A stretch of 29,441 bases of DNA from an uncultured Thermococci archaeon (GTDB lineage: Archaea; Methanobacteriota_B; Thermococci; Thermococcales; Thermococcaceae), in contig CAZAPD010000011.1 of the NCBI GenBank assembly GCA_964487115.1, positions 1-29,441 of the forward strand, in the 5' to 3' direction. Made by a program: the position numbers and the translations under genes. A model generated the notes under the pieces. That model ran no database searches and was not told where the DNA came from. It worked only from the letters and a program-made list of their open reading frames with translations. Each line of letters starts with the position of its first letter. The first letter of the stretch is position 1. This document shows, piece after piece, positions 1 to 11,159 of this stretch.

Positions 1-706
1 CTCTGAGCAGCTTTATAAGCATTTCATAGCTTCCAGCAACTACAAACTTACCATCCTCGCTCTCAATGAGAATTAAATCCCTCGCAGAACCCATTGAAAT
101 GGCCATTGAGAGGAGAGAAACCACAACGCCATAATAGATTAGAATTCCTAATCCAAGCTCCTGAGCTTCTTTCACTGCCAGAGGTAGAGAACCTAAAGCG
201 ATAAAGATGGACGCGTAGAGTTTAAACTTTTTGTTGGATAGCGGAAATGTGATGTAAGCCAGAAGGAAGAAACCGGACATGACTTCAAAGAGAAAAACAA
301 TGAGCACTGGTTTGGAAACGTCAGTCAGAACGCCTAAGTAGGGGATTAAGATTAGGAGTAATGGGCCAAGCAAAAGGCCGTGAAAATGCTTAAAAAATGT
401 CCATCTCCTGAGGAGGTTTATCCGAGCAATCTCCTTTATGGAATCCACATCGATTTCATACATAAAGATTCTCTTGGGAATGCCGTATTCCAGAAGCAAT
501 TTTTTCTCTGAAAGCTCAACCTTACCGCCTGCGGACAACCCCAAGAACACGATGGATAGAATTAGTAGAAATACGCCATTCCGGTTCAAAAGTAGGAACG
601 CAATGTTAAAGAGCAATACATAAAGCAGGAACATCATCCAAGGTGCTCCGGTGTAGGGAAGAGGGAAGAATCCTTTGGATTCTCGTGATGTATTCAGCTT
701 GGGCAT
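1..706 (-). CDS. Multi-pass membrane protein of unknown function, truncated by the window edge
   Basis: Not in the ORF track. Read by hand from ATG at 706 (GGTGAG RBS at 711-716): MPKLNTSRESKGFFPLPYTGAPWMMFLLYVLLFNIAFLLL... continuing to ...SYEMLIKLLR at position 2. Several hydrophobic segments. Confidence 0.75.
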   Translation of the reverse strand, partial: MPKLNTSRESKGFFPLPYTGAPWMMFLLYVLLFNIAFLLLNRNGVFLLILSIVFLGLSAGGKVELSEKKLLLEYGIPKRIFMYEIDVDSIKEIARINLLRRWTFFKHFHGLLLGPLLLILIPYLGVLTDVSKPVLIVFLFEVMSGFFLLAYITFPLSNKKFKLYASIFIALGSLPLAVKEAQELGLGILIYYGVVVSLLSMAISMGSARDLILIESEDGKFVVAGSYEMLIKLLR

Positions 707-725
707 AATACTCACCATGTAAAAC

Positions 726-770
726 CTTTAGTCAACATAAGTAGGTTGACTAAAGTTTATAAAATTTGCG
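726..770 (-). promoter_or_regulatory. BRE-TATA promoter followed directly by a perfect 11-bp inverted repeat (putative operator)
   Basis: Minus strand CGCAAA-TTTTATAAA (770-756). On the + strand CTTTAGTCAAC (726-736), an 8-bp spacer, then GTTGACTAAAG (745-755), covering the expected transcription start. Confidence 0.7.
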
Positions 771-896
771 ATAATCTCCAGATTTTATGGACATAAAAAC
801 ACACATAACTAAGAGGACATTAGTTGTAGGCGGTACTAACAGACAGAAATAACAGGAAAAGGATAAAACTTCAGGAAGAGCGAAGTCCAAGATCGC

Positions 897-2216
897 TCAG
901 CGGAATCTCCTGAGAGCCATCTCCGCCGCAATGCTTATCGGGTCTATCGTCGGGCTTATCGGCGGGGCATAGGCGGTCTCAAGGTAAACGACGTCCTCGA
1001 CCGTTGCGCCCTTCTGCGCTAAAGCCGAAAGCGTCATTATCCTGCCCCAGACCCTTTCTCCACCGACTATCTGCGCTCCGATTAGCTTTCTGTCGGACCT
1101 CCTGAAGATTACCTTAACTGTTATCGGCTTTCCGCCGGGGTAGTACTCGGGTTTTGTGCTCCCCTTGAACTTGCCAACGGCTATTTCAAGGCCCTCCTTC
1201 TTTGCCCTCTCCTCGGTTACCCCGAAGGTGCCTATCTCAAGGCCGAAGAGCTCTGTTATTGCCGTGTTGAAGACCGGCCTGAAGGCGACGTCCTTGCCCG
1301 CTATGTACTCTGCCGCGACCTTCGCCATCCTGACGGCAGAAGTCCCCAGCTGGCTGAGTGTCTTTTTGCCGGTAACTGCATCTACAACCTCCGCGCAGTC
1401 GCCTATTGCATAAATATCAGGATCGCTCGTCTGGAGGTGTTCGTTCACGACGATGCCCCAGTGCACGTCGAGACCTGCCTCCCTTGCAAGGTCGGTGTTG
1501 GCCCTGACGCCTGTGGCAACGAGCACGAGATCGGCTGGGACTTCCTCGTCGCCGATTTTTACAGCTCTGACTGGGCTTCCGATTATCTCACTAACTCCCT
1601 CGTTGAAGCGGAAAGTTATGTTGTGCTTCTCCATCTCTGCCTGGACGAGCTTGGCGGTGTCTTTGTCGAGCATGGTCGGCATGAGCCTGTCCATGAGCTC
1701 TACCACCAGAACCTCAATGCCGAGCTTCGCAAAAGCTTCGGCTCCTTCGAGGCCTATCAAACCAGCCCCAACCACAACAGCTTTCTTCGGCTTCCTCTCG
1801 GCGATGTGGGTCTTTATCCTCCTTACATCGTCGAGGCTCTTGAGGGTGAAGACTCCCTCATTCTCAACACCCTTAATCGGCGGGACAAAGGCCTTTGAGC
1901 CAACCGCTAAGACGAGCTTGTCGTAGGGAACTTCACCTTTATCTGTGATGACGACCTTCCTCTCGCGGTCTATTGCTTTGACTTCGGTGCTGAGCATGAG
2001 TTTGATCTTCTGCCTCTCGTAGAACTCGTTAGGGAAGACTATGACGTCCTCGGGCTTCTTTATCGTGCCGCTTATCACGTGCGGCAGGGCGCAGGGTGAA
2101 TACTGCATCGTCGGTTCTTTCCCGATGACAATGATCTCGGCCTTTCTATCGAGCTTCCTCATGAAGAGGGCGAAGTTGCTCCCGGCTGTTCCAGAACCTA
2201 CAACAACGATTCTCAT
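897..2216 (-). CDS. FAD-dependent pyridine nucleotide-disulfide oxidoreductase (NADH oxidase / CoA-disulfide reductase family)
   Basis: Start trimmed to MRIVVVGSGTAG (ATG 2216, GGTGATG RBS). GxGxxG FAD motif, single redox Cys in YSPCALP, NAD(P)H motif VVGAGLIGLE, IYAIGDC, C-terminal YAPP dimerisation motif. Confidence 0.9.
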   Translation of the reverse strand: MRIVVVGSGTAGSNFALFMRKLDRKAEIIVIGKEPTMQYSPCALPHVISGTIKKPEDVIVFPNEFYERQKIKLMLSTEVKAIDRERKVVITDKGEVPYDKLVLAVGSKAFVPPIKGVENEGVFTLKSLDDVRRIKTHIAERKPKKAVVVGAGLIGLEGAEAFAKLGIEVLVVELMDRLMPTMLDKDTAKLVQAEMEKHNITFRFNEGVSEIIGSPVRAVKIGDEEVPADLVLVATGVRANTDLAREAGLDVHWGIVVNEHLQTSDPDIYAIGDCAEVVDAVTGKKTLSQLGTSAVRMAKVAAEYIAGKDVAFRPVFNTAITELFGLEIGTFGVTEERAKKEGLEIAVGKFKGSTKPEYYPGGKPITVKVIFRRSDRKLIGAQIVGGERVWGRIMTLSALAQKGATVEDVVYLETAYAPPISPTIDPISIAAEMALRRFR

Positions 2217-2260
2217 AATCATCACCAAAGACAAATTGAAAAGGATGTATAAAAATCTAT

Positions 2261-2380
2261 TCAGCGCATGCACTTCCTCGCTATCACCGCGACGATGAGC
2301 GCCATGAAGACTGCTCCAGTTAGAGCCTCGATGGCGCTCAGGGCTTTGAGCCAACCTGTTGGATGCATGTCGCCGTAGCT
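2261..2380 (-). pseudogene. C-terminal remnant of a potassium-channel family (Ion_trans_2-type) gene
   Basis: Reads SYGDMHPTGWLKALSAIEALTGAVFMALIVAVIARKCMR*, i.e. the (G)YGD filter plus inner helix. The upstream in-frame sequence has no pore helix or first TM helix. Confidence 0.7.
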
Positions 2381-2589
2381 TTTTTGATGTCTTCCTTCAA
2401 ACGAAATCCTGCGTTCCTTTGCAAGAAGCTCGCTGGGGGCTTGTAGTGGAGGGAGAAGACCACTTCTTTGATTAACTCGCTTCGATATCTCCTTAAGAAA
2501 ACAGATCTTGATTACGGGCTTCCAATCACCGTGGAGCAACAGTCGAACAGAATACATAAACGTTGCCAAGCAAAATTGAAAGGAGAACC

Positions 2590-4535
<1,946 letters not shown>

Positions 4536-4536
4536 C

Positions 4537-6021
4537 TCAATCCCCCCTCGCAACAACTTTCATGCGCACGTTCTTAATGGGCGGCCTTGCCACAGGGAGA
4601 TCTATACTACCCATGTCAATTCCCGTCTTCTGAGAAATCAGCAGGGCTCCATTGAATAGGCAGAATCTTCCCTGACAAAAGCCCATTGCAAGGTGTGTCA
4701 GACGCTTGATTATCTGAAGGTCTGTTATCCCACTCATGACGACATCATGCACCTTTTTCAGAGAAACATCACATCCACATATCTGCACATTCTCAAGGTC
4801 CATTGAATCATAATCAATCCTGTGGAGCGGAACTGTTTCAGGTTCATACTTCTTGAGTTTTTCTCCATAAATACATGGAGTGGCATCAATACCGAACTCC
4901 TTTAAAATCTGAGCCCCGATGAACCTGCCTTCAATGTAATTGGCATAATGAGGTTTTATGCTGACGGAACTTCCAGCAACATAAATACCGTTGCGTATCC
5001 TGTGCTCTGCATCAAGAACCGGTGTGTAGTAACCTCTTCTGAAGCACAGCCTTCCTCCAGCTTGAGTTATCGGGTTTATATCCGGCCTTCTGCCGTCTGC
5101 TACTATCACGGCATCAACTTCATAGATGTTGCCGTTCATATCTACAAGCCTCTCAACGCTCTCCTTCCCCTCAACCCTTTTTGGATTTGGAACAACAATG
5201 TAATCTATGCCCCAGTGCTCTAATTCAGCTGTTATCTCTTCGGGTTTGCTCCCTACAACGGCCACATTCCGGCCAGGAGCAACACCCCAGACGTTCATAA
5301 CCTCAAGGGCAAATGATCTTCTAAAGATCCCCGGCATGTCATTGTTTTCAAACAGAAGGATATTATCAACTGCCCCTGTGGTCAGAGCTACACGCTTGGC
5401 GAGGATTTCTATCAGCTGGTTTCTTCTAACCGCAGGAATCAGGAAGTATTCTCCCTCGTCGAAAATTCCAAGTGCAGAAGTTTTCAGAAAAATCCTTACA
5501 TTCTGGTTGAGGCTGTCTCTCATGGCTTTAATGACCTCTTGGGGATTCTCGTCAAATCCCTCCTGTTTGACTCCCTTAAGCCAGAGATCTCCACCAAGCC
5601 AGCTTTTTTCTTCAATTAGAGCGGCTGTCAGGTGATCCTGAATCTCAAGAGCCACTCCCATTCCTGCGGGACCGCCACCTATAATTGCAACATCGACGAC
5701 GTATCTCAAGATAGGTTTTTCTCTGTCTATATCAACTTCTTCCTGAAACTCCCCGTAGTTTTGTCTCTCAATCCTCATACCTTCCTTTACCGGGGTCTTT
5801 CGTCCATCCATGTTCTTAATACCGTTTATAACCATTGGTAACGGGCCGAAGTAGAAAGCCCCTCTCTTTCTGCCTTCAGTGCTGGTTGTTAGCCAGTAGA
5901 TGCCGTTTGCCAGGAGGGCCACAGGTATTTTCTCTCCCTCATAGGATTCATATGCTCTGCCATCAAAATAGATTGTGATTTTCTTAGAAGGATCCTTCTC
6001 GGTAAGGTCGAGCGGCCTCAT
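4537..6021 (-). CDS. pdhA: Dye-linked L-proline dehydrogenase alpha subunit
   Basis: N-terminus MRPLDLTEK...ALLANGIYWLTTS, IIGGGPAG nucleotide motif, C-terminal CGC...GFCQGRFC four-Cys iron site, as in Pyrococcus PDH1 alpha. Confidence 0.9.
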   Translation of the reverse strand: MRPLDLTEKDPSKKITIYFDGRAYESYEGEKIPVALLANGIYWLTTSTEGRKRGAFYFGPLPMVINGIKNMDGRKTPVKEGMRIERQNYGEFQEEVDIDREKPILRYVVDVAIIGGGPAGMGVALEIQDHLTAALIEEKSWLGGDLWLKGVKQEGFDENPQEVIKAMRDSLNQNVRIFLKTSALGIFDEGEYFLIPAVRRNQLIEILAKRVALTTGAVDNILLFENNDMPGIFRRSFALEVMNVWGVAPGRNVAVVGSKPEEITAELEHWGIDYIVVPNPKRVEGKESVERLVDMNGNIYEVDAVIVADGRRPDINPITQAGGRLCFRRGYYTPVLDAEHRIRNGIYVAGSSVSIKPHYANYIEGRFIGAQILKEFGIDATPCIYGEKLKKYEPETVPLHRIDYDSMDLENVQICGCDVSLKKVHDVVMSGITDLQIIKRLTHLAMGFCQGRFCLFNGALLISQKTGIDMGSIDLPVARPPIKNVRMKVVARGD

Positions 6022-6065
6022 TATATCACCCCGAGGATTTTACGGAAGATGAGTGGAAAACCGGG

Positions 6066-6110
6066 CTTATAAACATTGGGTTGTTAAATTTATGTTCTGA
6101 ACCTTTGGTT
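6066..6110 (-). promoter_or_regulatory. pdhAB promoter with upstream SurR long motif GTTn3AACn5GTT
   Basis: TATA-like TTTATAAG on the minus strand at 6073-6066. GTT-ctg-AAC-ctttg-GTT at 6094-6110 fits the extended SurR consensus exactly. Confidence 0.6.
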
Positions 6111-6222
6111 GAATACATTGTACTGAGAAAACAGCTCAAAATTTAAACTAACTACACCGTTAAAATTTTTAAGATAAGTTGCATGGGCATGGATTTAAAT
6201 TAAAAATAAGAGAGGAACCGGT

Positions 6223-7842
6223 TCATATTAATCCGGTGGATATAACAAAGTCGGCAACATTCTCAACCTGACTTTTTGCTCTGGTTTCTGTTAGTCTTTT
6301 GCTTCTTATGTTTTCAACTGGAACTTTCTTAAATATCTGCTCATGGAGCTTTACGACATCTTCTGGGGGCTTGGTTAATAGACTGACGATTATTATGACA
6401 ATCAACGTTATGAAGAAGTTTATGAAGAACACTGGAACTCCATTAAACCATCCACCGATTGTTCCGAAGATTCCGGGGGCTTTTGGATTAAATGCCCATC
6501 CATAGATTTTGGCCTCCAGTATAACCTCTGAGATCAGACCGTAGGCCATTCCGACTATTCCACCTTCCTTCGTAACCCTCTTCCACCAGAGGCTCAGCGT
6601 CAGAATCGGGCCAAAACCAACCGCCAGTCCACCCCATGCAGTGGCTACCATCTGGTAGATGACCTTTGGCCCTGTTATGGCAAACCAGAGACCAACGAGG
6701 GCAACGCCTGCAACGACAATTCTCGAAATGTTAACCATCTGCTTCTTTCCAAGCTCCTTGCCGAGAACCTTGTGATAGAAGTCTCTGGCTATCGCAGAGG
6801 AAGCTACGAGCAGCTGTGAGTCAGCGGTACTCATGACAGCGGAGATTATGCCGGCTATAACAAATCCAGCGAGCCAACCGGGCATGAGCTCAACAGCCAT
6901 AGCCGGGACGACTTTTTCAGGGTCGCTTACCTGCAGGATACCAGCTTTATACAATGCCAAGCCTAAGAAACCGGCAAAAAATGCACCCCATAGGACGAGT
7001 ATTGTCCAAGTGCCGCTTATGAAGATACCCGGTCTTCTGAGCTTTCTCGGGTCTTCGACACTCATGTAACGGGTTACAATATGGGGCTGACCGAGATAAC
7101 CAACGATCCATGAGGCATAACCAATGGCAAAGACTATAGCGGCCAGTCCCGTTGCACCGCCGAAGGGGTGCAGTTTGGCAGGGTCTGCACTTCCTATTAT
7201 CTGAGTTGCTTTCTCAAGGCCACCTATCCTTGAAAGGGCAAGGAATGGGACTATAAGGAGGGTAAGAAGCATGAAACCCGCCTGAACGACATCAGTCCAG
7301 ACAACAGCGAAGAAACCACCGGTGATAACATAGGCCGTCAGTATGATGACCGTCAGGATTATCCCTGCATTGTCACTGATCCCGAAGCCTTCAGCAAAAG
7401 TCTTTCCACCGGCTGTAAACTGTGCCGCAACATAGGCTGTCATGAAGATTATGATAATCAGAGCACTTAGGATTCTTATCAGCTTGGTGTCGTCCTTGAG
7501 TCTGGCTTCTAAATAATCCGGAACGGTTATTGCTCTGAATTTTCCTGCATAAATCCTGAGCCTCGGACCTATGAGAACGTAATCCGCAAGAGTTCCGAAG
7601 AGACAGCCTATTGCAGCCCAGAATGCCCCGAGACCCGCTCTAAAAGCACTACCCGGGTAACCCAGCATGAGCCAACCACTGAAATCACTGGCTTTATCAC
7701 TGAGGGTAGCAGCAAGAACATGAACCTTCCTTCCACCGACAAAATACTGATCTTCGGTCTTGGTGTATCTGTTGGCCCACCACCCGATATAGGCAAGGAG
7801 AATTAAATATATCAGAAATCCAAAGAGCACTCCCGGGTTCAT
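6223..7842 (-). CDS. putP: Sodium/proline symporter (SSS family)
   Basis: About 13 TM segments; YFVGGR, ASDFSGWLMLGYPG, GGFFAVVWTD, LGQPHIVTRYM and SAVMSTADSQLL motifs; directly upstream of proline dehydrogenase. Confidence 0.9.
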   Translation of the reverse strand: MNPGVLFGFLIYLILLAYIGWWANRYTKTEDQYFVGGRKVHVLAATLSDKASDFSGWLMLGYPGSAFRAGLGAFWAAIGCLFGTLADYVLIGPRLRIYAGKFRAITVPDYLEARLKDDTKLIRILSALIIIIFMTAYVAAQFTAGGKTFAEGFGISDNAGIILTVIILTAYVITGGFFAVVWTDVVQAGFMLLTLLIVPFLALSRIGGLEKATQIIGSADPAKLHPFGGATGLAAIVFAIGYASWIVGYLGQPHIVTRYMSVEDPRKLRRPGIFISGTWTILVLWGAFFAGFLGLALYKAGILQVSDPEKVVPAMAVELMPGWLAGFVIAGIISAVMSTADSQLLVASSAIARDFYHKVLGKELGKKQMVNISRIVVAGVALVGLWFAITGPKVIYQMVATAWGGLAVGFGPILTLSLWWKRVTKEGGIVGMAYGLISEVILEAKIYGWAFNPKAPGIFGTIGGWFNGVPVFFINFFITLIVIIIVSLLTKPPEDVVKLHEQIFKKVPVENIRSKRLTETRAKSQVENVADFVISTGLI

Positions 7843-8018
7843 AGCTTACCCTCCTCCTTAAGGGTTGTCATAAGGTCTTCATCGTAGGCCAGAATTTCTT
7901 CATCGACGTAATATTCTTTGCCTGTTATTCTGTCCCAAAAACCATAGAGAAACATTGTTACTATCGCCAAAAATGTTGGAACCAGTAGAGTTGCCCAAGC
8001 CGCACCACTAAGGCCCAT
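7839..8018 (-). CDS. Small single-TM protein, putative symporter accessory subunit (59 aa)
   Basis: ATG 8018 with GGAGGTG RBS; one TM helix then an acidic tail; ATGA overlap with putP. Confidence 0.75.
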   Translation of the reverse strand: MGLSGAAWATLLVPTFLAIVTMFLYGFWDRITGKEYYVDEEILAYDEDLMTTLKEEGKL

Positions 8019-8203
8019 TTTGTAACACCTCCACACAGTTAGGCTGATTAAAGCGTAGCAATCTATACTATAGTTCTTGACCAATATAAACTTATTGCCA
8101 AAAATATGTCATTTTTAAACCAAAATGTACCATTGATTTGAATGAAAATTCATACGTAATTCTTAATAATTAAAGTGGCTAAGTTTAGCTGGGTGGAGGG
8201 ATA

Positions 8204-8683
8204 ATGAGGGTTAAGGTTATGAAGCCAATATTCAAACCTGACTTTTCAGAAAAATTTGTTCTCTATCCCTACTGGATATTCCATTTGAAGCTCTTTTATA
8301 AGAGATTGGGAAGGTCAGATAGGATTCTTGATTATTTTGCCTATGTTGACCTATACCGCTTTGGGGCTGAGAGAGGTGATAGGTTTATAGAGCTGTATGA
8401 GTGGGATGTGGATGAAAAGCAGGTAATGAAGCCACTCATCGATTATGAGGATGCCAAGATAAAAGCCTTTGAAAGTGCAATAACCTGGGGAAACTCACGA
8501 ATTGTTTCTTGGTGGCTTCCAAGGATTGAGATAGTCCGTGATGCTATGGCATATAAAGTCTTTTGGATTTTCGAAAGAGATGACGAACTGCTCATAATGG
8601 ACAGTCTCGATGGAAAGGAGTTTGATCTTGAAAAGCTCACGGGAAATGACGGGAGAAAGTGCAGGAGGTTGTTGTGCAGATAG
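8204..8683 (+). CDS. Hypothetical protein, aromatic-rich (159 aa)
   Basis: GGAGGG RBS, gene-like composition, divergent from the putP operon; no motif recognised. Confidence 0.75.
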   Translation: MRVKVMKPIFKPDFSEKFVLYPYWIFHLKLFYKRLGRSDRILDYFAYVDLYRFGAERGDRFIELYEWDVDEKQVMKPLIDYEDAKIKAFESAITWGNSRIVSWWLPRIEIVRDAMAYKVFWIFERDDELLIMDSLDGKEFDLEKLTGNDGRKCRRLLCR

Positions 8684-8712
8684 ATTTTGCATTGTCGGTT
8701 AATATCCGTCTC

Positions 8713-9876
8713 TTATCTCACATGTATCTCCACTATATCTCCATCTTCAAGGATGTGATCAGCACCAACCCTCTGTCCTGGAAACTTAACGCTCTTCCCC
8801 CATACCCTTGCATACTTGAAATTCCTTGCGAACTCTTTATGAACCTTCTTTGCAACATCCAGCACAGTAGAACCTTTTTTCATAGGTATTGGTGGGTAAG
8901 CCGGCTCTTCTCCGGGACTCTTTGTAAAGACCCTTATTATTCCAGCCAGCTCATAAAGGGCATCTTTAACCTCACCGAGATTTGCTCCGATTCTGACGGA
9001 TACGGGAACTATTCTAAATTTCTCCCCGTAGACTTTAACCAGCTTCTCATAATTCTCTCTGCTTCCGGGGGTGTCACCTTTATTCGCTATGATTATCGCT
9101 CTTTTCCAGACAAGACTCTCATCAAGCGCATCCGAGAAATCTTCAAGGGTCACTGGCTCTTTAACGGTAATCTCAGCAGAGTGTATCCTTTCTTCCCTGA
9201 GCATTTTCATAATCTCACTTATGTCACCCTTTATGTTCTCTTGTCCGTTAATGATTATTCCCCCTGAAGGCGTCTTCTTTATCTCGATTTTGGGCTTCCT
9301 CTTATTGACCTTTATTCCGGCCCTTTCAAATTCCCTGAGCAGAACATTCATCTGACTAACAGGATCCTGCGATAAGTCTACGACTATGGCTATGGCATCA
9401 GCGTTCCTTATAACGCTCAAAAGCTGTGTTCCCATCCCTTTCCCAAGGGCAGCACCTTCAACGAGACCCGGAACCTCGACGAGCTGTATTTGAACATCTC
9501 TATGATTCATCATTCCCGGTATCGGTTCAACCGTTGTGAATGGATAGTTTGCTATGTCAACATCCGCATTGGTTAGTTTCGTCAGGAGTGAGGATTTACC
9601 GACATTTGGAAACCCGACCAGAACAATTTGGGCCGCTCCTTCTTTTCTCACGCTAAATGAATAACCTCCTCCTTTTTTCTGTGTCTGTTGTTTTTCAAGC
9701 TCTTTCCTGAGCTCTGATAATCTTCTCTTTATCTGGAGCCTCAGCTTTTCTGTTCCTTTGTGCTTTGGAACCGTGGCATACATTTTTTCAAGAGCCCTTA
9801 TCTTTTCAGCAATAGTCTTAGCATTTCTGTATTCCTCCTCTGCCGCTAAGTACTCTGCGGTAACGTTGGTCGGCAT
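8713..9876 (-). CDS. DRG-family (OBG clan) GTPase with TGS domain
   Basis: VPKHKGTEKL N-terminus, GFPNVGKSS, YPFTT, EVPG, NKGD, C-terminal ARVWGKSVKFPGQRVG TGS motif. Confidence 0.92.
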   Translation of the reverse strand: MPTNVTAEYLAAEEEYRNAKTIAEKIRALEKMYATVPKHKGTEKLRLQIKRRLSELRKELEKQQTQKKGGGYSFSVRKEGAAQIVLVGFPNVGKSSLLTKLTNADVDIANYPFTTVEPIPGMMNHRDVQIQLVEVPGLVEGAALGKGMGTQLLSVIRNADAIAIVVDLSQDPVSQMNVLLREFERAGIKVNKRKPKIEIKKTPSGGIIINGQENIKGDISEIMKMLREERIHSAEITVKEPVTLEDFSDALDESLVWKRAIIIANKGDTPGSRENYEKLVKVYGEKFRIVPVSVRIGANLGEVKDALYELAGIIRVFTKSPGEEPAYPPIPMKKGSTVLDVAKKVHKEFARNFKYARVWGKSVKFPGQRVGADHILEDGDIVEIHVR

Positions 9877-10052
9877 TGAAAACCCCTCCCGAGAACTCTG
9901 AAATAAAGAGGGAGAGGCGTTTTATAAAAGTATGGTTTTGATACATACTGGAAATACCTTGAGAGATAAACTATCCGATTCTTTTGATAACGTGCTAATC
10001 CATATCGGCAAATTTATATACTATTCCGAAAATTTTTTATGTGGTGAGCACT

Positions 10053-10505
10053 ATGCGGGCAAATTTGGATGATATTGATAGGAAAATCCTCACAATCCTC
10101 CAGAAAAACAGCAGGACTCCGCTAAGGGAGATATCAAAAGAAGTTGGTCTTGCAGAATCGACTGTCTATGAAAGGATAAAAAAGCTTAAGGAGCATGGGG
10201 TAATCAAAAAGTTTACGGTTATCCTCGATCCAGATGCGCTCGGCTTCACGCTCCTTGCTTTTATCCTAATAAAGTCAAAGGCTGGTAAATACTCACATGT
10301 TGCATCCGAGTTGAAGAAGTATCCCCAGATAGTTGAGATATATGAAACCACTGGGGATTATGATATGTTAGTTAAGATAAGAACGCGGAACAGCGAGGAG
10401 CTCAATGAGTTTCTTGACACTATAGGGGAGATTGAGGGAGTTGTTGCTACCCATACCATGGTAGTACTAAAAGTGCATAAAGAAACAACTGAACTTCCTC
10501 TTTGA
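10053..10505 (+). CDS. Lrp/AsnC family transcriptional regulator
   Basis: LDDIDRKIL...LAESTVYERIKKL HTH and TGDYD RAM-domain motif; GGTGAG RBS before ATG 10053. Confidence 0.93.
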   Translation: MRANLDDIDRKILTILQKNSRTPLREISKEVGLAESTVYERIKKLKEHGVIKKFTVILDPDALGFTLLAFILIKSKAGKYSHVASELKKYPQIVEIYETTGDYDMLVKIRTRNSEELNEFLDTIGEIEGVVATHTMVVLKVHKETTELPL

Positions 10506-10572
10506 TTCCCATTTTTGTTCAAAAATACTTATAAGGGCATACTCTTATGATTACTGATTTGGAGGTGGTCTT

Positions 10573-11073
10573 ATGAGGATACTGTTCTTAAGCGCAGATG
10601 ACTTTGAAGACCTGGAGCTGATATACCCCCTCCACAGACTTAGGGAAAATGACCATGAGATCTGTGTTGCCAGCTTTGAGAGGGGGCAGATAACGGGCAA
10701 ACATGGGTATTCTGTTAAGGTCGACTTGGCATTCAGCGAGATCAATCCTGATGATTTTGATGCTCTCGTTCTACCAGGAGGAAAAGCTCCGGAGAGGATT
10801 AGGATAAACAGAGAAGCAGTTAGTATAGCAAGAAAGATGTTTCTGGATGGAAAACCTGTGGCGAGCATATGTCATGGTCCACAAATCCTTATCTCAGCCG
10901 GTGTTCTGAGGGGAAGAAAGGGCACAAGTGTCATTACGATAAGGGATGATCTGATAAATGCTGGAGCGGAATATATCGACGCAGAAGCCGTCGTTGATGG
11001 AAATTGGGTTAGCTCAAGGCATCCCGGTGACCTGTATGCATGGATGAGAGAGTTTGTGAAACTGCTGGGATGA
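10573..11073 (+). CDS. pfpI: PfpI intracellular protease / deglycase (DJ-1/PfpI family)
   Basis: FEDLELIYP, DALVLPGG and the SICHGP nucleophile elbow; 166 aa. Confidence 0.93.
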   Translation: MRILFLSADDFEDLELIYPLHRLRENDHEICVASFERGQITGKHGYSVKVDLAFSEINPDDFDALVLPGGKAPERIRINREAVSIARKMFLDGKPVASICHGPQILISAGVLRGRKGTSVITIRDDLINAGAEYIDAEAVVDGNWVSSRHPGDLYAWMREFVKLLG

Positions 11074-11159
11074 GTTTTTCTTCATTTTTGTACCTGTTTT
11101 AACGCTTTCAGTGAGTAAAGGTTATATATCACGAAAGCCACTTTCAAGCGGTGGATAGA

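Noticed and set aside
1156..2298. Several + strand ORFs over the oxidoreductase, and similar antisense ORFs elsewhere (e.g. 8659..9267, 12814..13350, 17826..18497)
   Set aside because: They are antisense shadows of well-supported genes, with no motifs or RBS.
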